A stretch of 63,998 nucleotides of DNA, counting the filler, from Malassezia furfur (taxonomy: Eukaryota): assembly GCA_052055015.1 (NCBI GenBank). It is 4 parts of 4 records of this genome, joined end to end, with 100 filler letters (N's around TTAATTAATTAA, not from the genome) between each part and the next. Parts side by side here need not be neighbours in the genome. Positions count along the whole stretch, not along the records: positions 34,789 to 51,987 come from JBQJIT010000229.1; positions 52,088 to 63,998 come from JBQJIT010000349.1; 2 more parts are not named here. The stretch is one strand, 5' to 3'. A model generated the notes under the pieces. The model was not told the DNA's origin. It saw only the letters and a program-made list of their open reading frames with translations, and ran no database searches. Made by a program: the position numbers and the translations under genes. Shown here one piece after another: positions 43,769 through 52,729 of this stretch (positions within the stretch are counted from its first letter, which is position 1; each line of letters opens with the position of its first letter).

Positions 43769-45613
43769 ATGAGTGGCAGTGAATCCGTCGCAACTCTCTT
43801 TGTGCCGGCCCTCAAGGTACTTGGTGCTCTTGTGGGCGTCCTTCTCGGCGTGGTTCTGCTGTTCCTGCTGAACCAGATTCTCGGTGCCGTGTACCGTGCG
43901 ACCATCGGCGAATGGTTCAGCCCGTGGAAGCACATCCCTAAGGTCAAGACGACCGACCCGCTTGCGCTCTTCTTCGGTGATTTCCGTGCGATCAAGGCTG
44001 CGCAGCCGGGCGAGCAGCATGTCCAGTGGATGAACGAGCTCGGCCCGATCTACCGTTACCGTCACATGTTCGAGGTGCAGCGTGTGCTGCTGGCCGACCC
44101 CAAGGCGCTGATCCATGTGCTGAGTCCCGCGAAGGCGTACCAGTTCCCCAAGCCCGAGTACACCAGTGCCTTCTTGACGGCCGCCCTTGGCCAGGGTCTC
44201 GTGTCGATCGAGGGTGAGACGCACCGTCGCCAGCGCAAGATTATTGCCCCGGCGTTTGCGCCCAGTGTCGTGAAGGAGTTCTGCCCCGTGATCCACCGCC
44301 ACGCCAAGCTGCTCACTGATAAGCTCGAGACGATTGTCGGCGAGATGATTGCGCGTCACCAGGGCAAGATCCCCAAGGACACGCTCATCACCGGCGAGTG
44401 CCCCTCGGACCGCGACGTGAAGCTGGCAGACCCCGACCACTCGGCTGTGGTCGACACGCTGTTCTGGCTGTCGCGTACGACGCTCGACATCATTGGTGAG
44501 ATTGGTTTCAGCGCCGAGTTCCTTGCGCTGGAAAACGGTAACGACCACCCCCTGGCGAACGCCATGGGCACGCTCATTGGTGCGATCCTTGACCTGGAGC
44601 TGAGCACGGCCATCTTCCTGATTCTCTCGGAGAAGCCGGGTCTCAAGTGGCTGCGCTACCTCCCCAGCGACCGCAACCGCCGCCTGAAGGAGTCGCAGAA
44701 CGTCGTGCGTGAGCACGCGGCCAAGATTATCGACAAGATGCGCCAGGACATTCTTGCGGAGAACAAGGACGGCGTCACCTCGGATGTGATGAAGCCCAAG
44801 TCGGTCATTTCGCGCATGGTTCGTGCCAACATGGCAACCGACCTGAAGCCGTCTGAGCGCATGTCGAACGAGGAGCTGATGGGTCAGGTGACGACGGTGA
44901 TTATTGCCGGACACGAGACGACCGCGACGCAGAACACGTGGGCGCTGTGGCTCCTGGCCACGCACCAGGACGTGCAGGACCGTCTGCGCAAGGAGCTGCA
45001 GGACCAGATGGCCAAGGAAGCCGCCGAGATTGACTCGCTCACTGAGGAGGAGCGCGCCATCTACGACATCCAGCCCGTGCGCAACCTCGATGCGGTGCCG
45101 ATGCTCGACAAGGTGGTGAAGGAGTCGGTGCGTATGCTGCCGTCGGTGCCCAGCACCGTGCGTGTCGCGCTCAAGGACGACGTCGTGCCCCTGTCCAAGT
45201 CGTACAAGCGTGCGGACGGCAAGGGCACCTACAACTCGATCGTCATCCCCAAGGGCCACGAGCTCTTCATCCCCCTCAACGTCATCCAGCTCTCCAAGGA
45301 GATCTGGGGCGAGGACGCGCAGGAGTTCAACCCCGACCGCTGGGACAACCTGCCCTCGTCGGTCATTGACGCCAAGATGCCGCCGGGCCACACGTTTGCC
45401 TTCCTGTCTGGCCCCCGCTCGTGCATTGGCAAGCAGCTTGCCATCATGGAGACGCAGGTTCTGCTCGCGCACCTCTTGCTCAAGTTCAAGTTTGACATTG
45501 TCCCTGGTTGGGACCTCATTCAGCGCCAGCAGGTGGTGCGCCGTGCATTCGTCGATGGCCAGAAGGAATACGGCGTGCGCATGCCCCTGATCCTTACGCC
45601 TCTGTCGAAGTAA
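43769..45613 (+). CDS. Cytochrome P450 monooxygenase (ER-anchored)
   Basis: N-terminal TM, AGHETT, ESVR (ExxR), FNPDRW, FLSGPRSCIG heme motif; intronless. Confidence 0.95.
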   Translation: MSGSESVATLFVPALKVLGALVGVLLGVVLLFLLNQILGAVYRATIGEWFSPWKHIPKVKTTDPLALFFGDFRAIKAAQPGEQHVQWMNELGPIYRYRHMFEVQRVLLADPKALIHVLSPAKAYQFPKPEYTSAFLTAALGQGLVSIEGETHRRQRKIIAPAFAPSVVKEFCPVIHRHAKLLTDKLETIVGEMIARHQGKIPKDTLITGECPSDRDVKLADPDHSAVVDTLFWLSRTTLDIIGEIGFSAEFLALENGNDHPLANAMGTLIGAILDLELSTAIFLILSEKPGLKWLRYLPSDRNRRLKESQNVVREHAAKIIDKMRQDILAENKDGVTSDVMKPKSVISRMVRANMATDLKPSERMSNEELMGQVTTVIIAGHETTATQNTWALWLLATHQDVQDRLRKELQDQMAKEAAEIDSLTEEERAIYDIQPVRNLDAVPMLDKVVKESVRMLPSVPSTVRVALKDDVVPLSKSYKRADGKGTYNSIVIPKGHELFIPLNVIQLSKEIWGEDAQEFNPDRWDNLPSSVIDAKMPPGHTFAFLSGPRSCIGKQLAIMETQVLLAHLLLKFKFDIVPGWDLIQRQQVVRRAFVDGQKEYGVRMPLILTPLSK

Positions 45614-45779
45614 TTCATTACTCCATGGGCCGATGAATCTGGTATTGTCGGTTTGCCCTAGGGCAGTCTCTGTCCTTTCTTCCCACCCTTATTTTTTGTG
45701 CAATAAAACAGGAATTGCGATTACATAGAAGCATCATCGCCCGTTCGCCCGCCTCTTGTCTACCGCAGGTCTACGAAAA

Positions 45780-46301
45780 TCACTGCGGAGCCCGGAAGCC
45801 GCCCGTGGAGCCAAAGCCGCCGCTGCCCCGTTCCGTGTCTTCGAGCGACTGCGTGAGTATGTACTACACACCTCGACCTCCTCGATCTCCGGCGTGGAGA
45901 TCTTTTCGAGCACCAGCTGCGCGATGCGGTCGCCCGCGTGGACTGAGGTCAGCGCCGCGCACGCACATTGGAAGTCTTCGGCGCCAAAGTTGAACAGCAC
46001 CACACCAAGTAGGCCACGGTAGTCGGCATCCACGACGCCAGCTCCAGTGTCAATGCCATGCTTCACCGCTGCTGTTAGCCGTCGACCTACCCAGCCCACT
46101 GCGCGGCGCGACGCGGCCATAGTGGCCCTCAGGGATCGCGACCGAGATGCCCGTTTGCACGACGGCGCGGCCGCCCTTGGGGACCACGGTGTCTTCCGCC
46201 GCATACAGATCGTATCCAGCTGCCTGGCTACTTCCACGCGTCGGAATCTTCGCCAGGGGGTATGCAGGGTTGCGGCGCACCAGGAAACGAACCGACGACA
46301 T
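45780..46301 (-). CDS. DUT1: dUTPase, three 22-24 nt introns
   Basis: AAGYDLY, APRSGLA, GVVDADYRG, GDRIAQL, RGSGGFGSTG. Confidence 0.95.
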
Positions 46302-46372
46302 CTCAGAAGAAGGCACGCGTCGCCGTCCAACGCGAGCGTTTACGCGTTCTACTTCGGCCGACGCACGTTGCA

Positions 46373-47375
46373 CTACGCACGGTGCGCCATCCAAAATGCG
46401 TACTGGGCCCGCAACATGGGGGGCAACACGTCGTCGTCAAGCGAGTAGATGGTGTAGCGACCGGTCTCATGCCAGGCACTAAGGAATTGACGCGTGTTTT
46501 CTGCTTCGCGCAGCTGGATCACCACCCATATCACCGTCTGCGGCCCACACAGCACATCCATCGTGCGCAGCAGTGCGGAATGGAGACCCGGATTGTAGAC
46601 ACAGTCAGTGCAGACCAGTAGGTCTGGGTATACAAGCGCACCATTAGATCCACCATCGTGCTGGAAAGGGGCAAGGATGCTCGATAGAAGCTGCCGCATC
46701 GCATACGAGTCGGGTTTGGCTGCACACCGCTCGACGTCAAACCAGTCCAGCTCCTCGGCGGAAACGAGCGCCGCGTCCGTGCGGAGCTGTGCAAAGTTCT
46801 TGCGCATCAGGGGGACATTCACGTCACGGTCCGTAGCGACCCACCGAATTGGGCGCGCGGTCGGCGGCGCCCAACTCGTGTCCGTAAAAAGACAGAGCGG
46901 CAGGACGCCCGTCCCGGCGCCAAGCTCAAGCACCGTCTGTCCTTGAAACTTGGGGTGAAAGGGAGGCAATGGTGCATTGTGCACGCCGGCGTAAAAGTGC
47001 GCGAGGCAAAAGTCGGCCAAGAGCACACTCGAGCGCCAAACGACGCTGCCGGTGTCGCCTGCTGCGGAGCGTAGCGTGGTTGTCTGGGTCAGCCAGCAAG
47101 TAGCACCCACATCTTGATAGACGGTCACCTCGATGCGGGGCTGGCGTGTGTGTGGGCGGTCCTGTGCGGACTCGCGTTTGGCCTCGCACGGCAGTTGGAT
47201 CGACAGTGCATCCGACTTGCTGTCGAGGAAGCCAAGCCCTGCGTGGGCGGTGCCTCGGTTCCGAAGCGTGTAGAGCAAGAAGAGCTGCATGAGATGGTGC
47301 ATGTACCTCTTCATCTACATCCTCGACGCAACGAGCGACGTCCTCGGAAAGCCAAGGTGCGCCGCACGTCGACAT
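46373..47375 (-). CDS. RKM5: Seven-beta-strand protein lysine methyltransferase (Rkm5-like), intron 47285-47306
   Basis: DEELFLLY, GDTGSVVW, VLELGAGTG, DCVYN. Confidence 0.75.
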
Positions 47376-47435
47376 TGTGCGCACTGACCCACTGTGTGGA
47401 GATTCGCCCAATTTTCTCTATGCATACATTGGCAA

Positions 47436-48890
47436 TTACGTCCAGTCGCGTCCACGGCGGCCCTGACTCTTGAGCTTTTGTTCGCGCGCACGCGCCACAT
47501 GCTCTTGCACGGCCGCCTGTCCGCCGAATCCAGCGGCGGCAGCCATATCGCTTTTGGTATCCCGCGAGTCGACCACTTCGTAGTCGTGCACCGAGAATTG
47601 GTCGTTGGAGCCCATCAGGGGCACACCGCCTGAATCAAACCTGCGTTAGTCGTTGGGACATACCGATGATCGCGCCAATTTGCATCGTCATCATCATCAC
47701 TTGCGCCATACTCGTGCATGTCTTCCTCGTCGTCTGCCTCGCGCGACGTCGCCGTTTCGCGCACATGCTGCGAAGGCTCTGGTTTACGAATCTGCCGCCG
47801 GAACGCCTCGAGTTTCGACAGGGTCTGTGCCTCGGTTTTCCTGCGATCCGACTTGCCACCTTTTTGCCGGTACTCTGCCACCATGGAGGCCAGCAAGTCG
47901 CGGCCGCCGGTGGGTTGTGCCTGCTTCGGCCGCGACGGAGCGGCAGCGTGCGCGTCTCGGCGGATGGCGTCCTGGAGCGCGCGCGTCTGTGCGTCGGTGG
48001 GGGCAGGCGCCGCCGGCTGCGGAGAAGGTTCTGAGGGTGGCGTGCGTTCTGGGGGCGAGGCGGAGCGCGTGGGGACGTGCGGTTGTGCCGCCGGCGCCGG
48101 TTGTGACATTTTCCGCACCTGTTCCTTGCTGAGCTTTTTGTCGTGCAGGAGGTCGTGGCTGCTGATCGGCTTGCGCGCGGTGCGTGGCAGCGGGTCGATG
48201 TCCTCCTCCTCGCCGAAGCTGAGCAGCGCAGTGTTCTTTTTCTTCTTCCTCTCGTGCTCCGGCTCCGCGCGTCGTTCGGCGGCGTACTTTTTTGCGCGTG
48301 CCTGTGCCTCGCGTTCCTCGCGCGTGATGCGCGGCACAATGTCTGGGAAGGGGTTGTCCACGACCTCGACGCGCAGCAGCTTGGGAGGGTACACGGGGCG
48401 GTCCGGCTCGGTGGTGGAGAGCTCGACTTCGGAGAGCGCGAGCACATTGTAGATGGTCGTGCCTGCGACACGTCCAAAGATGGTATGTTTGTTCTGCAGC
48501 TCGGGCGTGGCGTCGAGCGTGATCTGGTGAGCGGGGTGCACGTACGAAGAACTGCGAGTCGTTCGAGTTCCGGGTGCCGGCGTTGGCCATGGCGACGAGG
48601 CCGCGGCGGTTGAAGCGGAGGCGCTGGTGCAGCTCGTCCGCAAACGGCTCGCCATAGATCGACTCACCGCCTGAGCCTGTGCCCGTGGGATCGCCCGTCT
48701 GGATGCAGAAGTGGGGCACGATGCGGTGCCAGAGGCATCCGTCGTAGTAGCCCTCGAGCGCGAGCGCGACGAGGTTCCTGCACGCCTTGGGCGCCTCCTT
48801 GGACCAGAGCTCGATCTCGATCTCGCCCTTGGACGTGTGCAGGATGACCTTGCCGTCCGTGGGCGGCTCGGTGACGTACAAGGTCGACAT
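47436..48890 (-). CDS. CWC27: Spliceosomal cyclophilin Cwc27, introns near 48525-48546 and 47641-47663
   Basis: MSTLYVTEPPTDGKV, GDPTGTGSGGESIYG, NDSQFFITL, C-terminal DYEVVDSR. Confidence 0.92.
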
Positions 48891-48916
48891 GACCGATCTC
48901 CACTAACGTGTGTCTA

Positions 48917-51619
48917 TTACGGGGCGCGTGCCTCTGCGCCGACCAGCGGCGAATGTGGAGGCAGCGCCAGGGCGCCGCGGTCGGCCACGGCGTGCGTCGG
49001 CGGGTCGGAGGGCCGGGGGTGGGGCGAGCGGAGCGACAGGGAGCGTATGCGCTCGCGGTTGCGCTCCGTCTGGGCCAGCAACGGGGTGGGTGTATTACTT
49101 TCGGGGGTTGCAATGCGGTCGAGCGCGAATGCATCGCTGCGGGGGCTGCGTGCGAAAATCACGTCAAAGTCGACGAGCAGGGCGAGGAGCAGGCTCGCCG
49201 GCATCGCGAGCGTCGGGCTCAGCACGATGCCGAGGTTGTGTGCGTTCATCTTGTTCTTGTCTGCGGCGGCGTCCACGCGGTTGAAGTGGGCGCAGAGGTA
49301 GCGCAGCAGCGAGTAGTTTTCCGGGGGCAGCTGCGCCACGAGCTGCGCCAGGGCCGCGGCGCGCTCGGTGCGGTCGGGGAGCTCGGCGGCCTGGCTCATG
49401 TCGGCCAGGCGGCTCGCGCACAGGTTCTCGGGCAGCGCACGCAGGTACATCTTGAGCAGGCTGCTGAGGTTGTGCGGATCGCTCGTCAGCGTGCGGAGCT
49501 GGGCGCCGTCCGCCTCGAGGTCGACGTCGCGCATCGCCGAGAAGGACTCGTACAGCGCCTTGACCGCCGACGAGCTGCCGCTCACGCGGTAGATGCCCTC
49601 CTCCTCGATGCCGCGCGTGTGCTCGAGGTAGTCGACGCACCGGCGCACGACCGCCGGCACGGGGCTCATCTGCCCCGTCGGGTCGACGGCCAGGCCGCTC
49701 TCGGCGACGGCCGTGTGCAGCGACGCGCCAAACATGCCCGCGTCGCCGGCATGCGGCGCGGACCCCTCGGGCGAGCCGTGCACATGGCCCATCCCGAGCA
49801 GCCCGTGCCAGAAGCGCCGCTTGTCGCCGCTCTGCGCCGGCTGCTCTGGCGTGAGGCTCGTGCGGAAGAGGCCCGTGAGCCCGTGGCGCGTGCGCTCCAG
49901 GCCGAGCACCGGCGAGGTGGAGTCGGCGCGGTCCACCGGTGACGACCATGGCTCGTATCGCGGCGTGGCCGTCGCGGGCAGCCGCGGCGTGCTCGGCACG
50001 TCGTGGGGGCGCGGCGCGGGTTCCGGCGTGCTAAACGGGCGGTGGATCGGGTCCTGCGCCTCGTGGCTCTGCAGCAGCAGCGCCTGGAGCCACGCCGCAC
50101 ACTCGTCGCTCGACTCGGTCGCGAGCGTGACGGTGGAGCCGCCCGCAGGCTGCACGAGGATCACGGCGCACCGCGGGCCGATGTGCCCGAGGCGCGTGTG
50201 CGGTGCGTCCTCGTAGTGCCGCCGGATGCGCGCGTGCGGCAGGCGCACAAACAGCGGCGGCGCCGTGTTGCCGAGCGCCTGCAGATACAGCATGTGGGGG
50301 TGCAGCGAACACACGCGCCACTCCCACACGCTGCTGTGCACGCGCTTGGTGAGCAGGTGCGCCTGCCGCAGGCTCGGCCCGAGCGTCGGCGCGGCATCGG
50401 TCGGCGCCAGGTCGGCGACCACGTTGGTGCTCAGGAACTGCACCACCACGTCCGCGTACCAGACGGGCAGGCGCTGCAGCGCAGCGACCCAGGCGTCGAC
50501 GAGCGCATTGCGCTCCGCGACGCGCCACGGCGTCCAGTTGCGCTCAAACAGGTCCGTGTCGGGCGGCGGGGCGAGCAGCTCCGTCTGCGTGTCGGAGAGG
50601 CTCTGCGCGCGCCGGCGCAGCCGCTCGCTGACTTGCACCAAGTCGGCGTACGCCTTCTCGATCACGCACATGGGTGCATCGTCCCCCGCCGCGGGCTGCA
50701 CCCGCAGACGCATCGCGACCTGGCCCGCGGCACGCACGTGCGAGTGTACGACGTGCACGGCGGCGCTCAGCAGCGGATCGCGCTCGATTGCCGCATGGCC
50801 GGCGCCCTCGCAACGGCGCGGTGGCGAAGTGCCGGGCAGTGTGCTGTCGGCCGCATACACAGCGCTGCGCCCGGGCGAGGGGGGGATGCGCAACGCGCTT
50901 GCGCTGCCGCTTGCGTGCTGTGCGCGCGGCGAGGCGGCAAGCACCGGCGCACGGGCGTTGCGTTCCGCCGGCGCCGCGTCTTGGCTGCGGGCCGACGCCG
51001 AGGAGGCGAGGCTGCTCTTGCGCCACAGCGACGGCGAGTGCGTCACGATCGGCACGGCCGCTGTCGCCTTGGGCTCGGGTGTGCCGCGGGGCGGCACGGC
51101 GCGCGAGGATGCGGGCGCCGCACTGCCAAACAGGTCGCGGCGCGGCACGTCGATCGGCGCCGCCGTATCCGACGGGGGGCTGAGCGTCGATTCGGTCGGC
51201 GACGGCGACGTGACCGAGATCGAGGCAGTGCCGGTGCTTCCAGAGCCCTTGCCGTGCCCGAGATGCGCGGCCTCGCGGGCGCTGCGTGTGCTGCGCCGGC
51301 GGAGCAGGCGGAAGCGGCTGTTGGACGGAGGCGACATCGAGACGCCCTCCATCCCGAGCCCGATAGGCTCGGCGGCCGCGGGGCGCTCTTGAAACGTGTC
51401 TGTGTAGGTGTGGTATGCTTGGGACAGCGCCAGATGCTCGCCGACGAGGTCGTTGTATTGCAGCAGCAGGAAGGGCAGCACAATCGACGGATCTTGGGTA
51501 CCCACGTGTGCGTAGCAATCCGCGAGCGTCAGCTTCTGTAGGGGTAATCGTGCCACCGGGGCTGTATCACGCAGCTCCTGGCGCCCAGCGCCCGCCTCCG
51601 CATTGCGGGACTCGAGCAT
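48917..51619 (-). CDS. PX-PH-RhoGAP protein (Bem3-like)
   Basis: EKAYADL (PX-like), PH-like region, RhoGAP motifs EEGIYRVSG, LLKMYLRALP, NKMNAHNLGIV. Confidence 0.82.
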   Translation of the reverse strand: MLESRNAEAGAGRQELRDTAPVARLPLQKLTLADCYAHVGTQDPSIVLPFLLLQYNDLVGEHLALSQAYHTYTDTFQERPAAAEPIGLGMEGVSMSPPSNSRFRLLRRRSTRSAREAAHLGHGKGSGSTGTASISVTSPSPTESTLSPPSDTAAPIDVPRRDLFGSAAPASSRAVPPRGTPEPKATAAVPIVTHSPSLWRKSSLASSASARSQDAAPAERNARAPVLAASPRAQHASGSASALRIPPSPGRSAVYAADSTLPGTSPPRRCEGAGHAAIERDPLLSAAVHVVHSHVRAAGQVAMRLRVQPAAGDDAPMCVIEKAYADLVQVSERLRRRAQSLSDTQTELLAPPPDTDLFERNWTPWRVAERNALVDAWVAALQRLPVWYADVVVQFLSTNVVADLAPTDAAPTLGPSLRQAHLLTKRVHSSVWEWRVCSLHPHMLYLQALGNTAPPLFVRLPHARIRRHYEDAPHTRLGHIGPRCAVILVQPAGGSTVTLATESSDECAAWLQALLLQSHEAQDPIHRPFSTPEPAPRPHDVPSTPRLPATATPRYEPWSSPVDRADSTSPVLGLERTRHGLTGLFRTSLTPEQPAQSGDKRRFWHGLLGMGHVHGSPEGSAPHAGDAGMFGASLHTAVAESGLAVDPTGQMSPVPAVVRRCVDYLEHTRGIEEEGIYRVSGSSSAVKALYESFSAMRDVDLEADGAQLRTLTSDPHNLSSLLKMYLRALPENLCASRLADMSQAAELPDRTERAAALAQLVAQLPPENYSLLRYLCAHFNRVDAAADKNKMNAHNLGIVLSPTLAMPASLLLALLVDFDVIFARSPRSDAFALDRIATPESNTPTPLLAQTERNRERIRSLSLRSPHPRPSDPPTHAVADRGALALPPHSPLVGAEARAP

Positions 51620-51754
51620 CGCCCGCGAACGCACGCCGCGACTCGGATCGCCGCAAATGGCGACTGCCCGCGAGATCTCCCCCCCATTCCCCCCAAACCA
51701 CGTGGGCGCGCGCACGGGCGGGGTCCGCGTGGAGGTCGATCGACTCGGCCAACC

Positions 51755-51987
51755 ATGACACCGGCGCACCCCGAGGACGCCGCGGAGGCGAAAGCGCCTA
51801 CCCCGCCGCCTCTGCCGCCGCGCAAGAAGCGCGATCGCGACGCAGACAGCGGAAAGGAGGACCAGGCAAGCACGGACGCGACGGCCGCGCCGAAGAAGGC
51901 GCGCGCCAGCGACGATGCAGGCGAGGCCGACGCGCCCAAGTCGCCGTCGTTTGCTTCCTTTGTCGCACACAAGGACACCCAAAAGGC
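51755..51987 (+). CDS. N-terminus of an unidentified protein with NLS-like basic clusters (truncated)
   Basis: ATG-initiated open frame up to the gap; RKKRDR and KKAR clusters. Confidence 0.45.
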
Positions 51988-52087
51988 NNNNNNNNNNNNN
52001 NNNNNNNNNNNNNNNNNNNNNNNNNNNNNNNTTAATTAATTAANNNNNNNNNNNNNNNNNNNNNNNNNNNNNNNNNNNNNNNNNNNN
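51988..52087. other. Artificial contig-joining spacer
   Basis: N44-TTAATTAATTAA-N44. Confidence 0.98.
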
Positions 52088-52106
52088 ATTGTTTTTGCGA
52101 TTTAGC

Positions 52107-52669
52107 TGTGGACGACGTACGTGCACCAAGACGCCACTGACCGCAGCTGGACACAACATTGCGTCGTGCCCGACGGCCGGCAACCCGACTTGGTATGTCG
52201 GCACGCCGCCGTGTATGCTAACCGCAGCTACAACTGCAACCAGCAGGGCCACGTCTCGTCTGAGTGCCCGCAGGAGCCGCTGCCGAAGGCGTGCTTCCGG
52301 TGCAACAGCACCGAGCACCTCTCGCGTGACTGCCCTAACCAGCCCGCGGAGCCTGCGCAGGGCGGCCAGGAGTGCTATCGCTGTGGCGAGGTAGGCCACA
52401 TGGCGCGTGCGTGCCCCAAGAACCCCGCCGGTGCCGCGGGTGCGCGTGGCAACGCGCGTGGCTGCTACAACTGTGGCGGCCTCGGCCACATCAGCCGCGA
52501 GTGCCCCTCGGCGGCGAACACGCTGACCGGCGCGGGCGGCCCCAAGTGCTACAACTGTGGCCAGACGGGCCACATCTCGCGCAGCTGCCCACAGCCGCCG
52601 CAACGCTCGTGCTACACGTGCGGCAGCGCCGACCACCTGGCGGCGTCGTGCCCGCAGCAGGCTGCCTAA
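52107..52669 (+). CDS. GIS2: CNBP/Gis2/Byr3 multi-CCHC zinc-knuckle protein (5' truncated, micro-introns)
   Basis: Tandem CxxCxxxxHxxxxC knuckles. Confidence 0.88.
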
Positions 52670-52729
52670 AAAAGGATGGCTTTGATGCGAAGTAGCGTAA
52701 TAGGAATACGTACGTGGTTGCTATGGCTC

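Noticed and set aside
17309..52087. Palindromic TTAATTAATTAA recurring every ~17.3 kb
   Set aside because: Assembly artefact: identical 100-nt spacers. Contig lengths fall in order (at least 17308, 17280, 17199), consistent with size-sorted concatenation.
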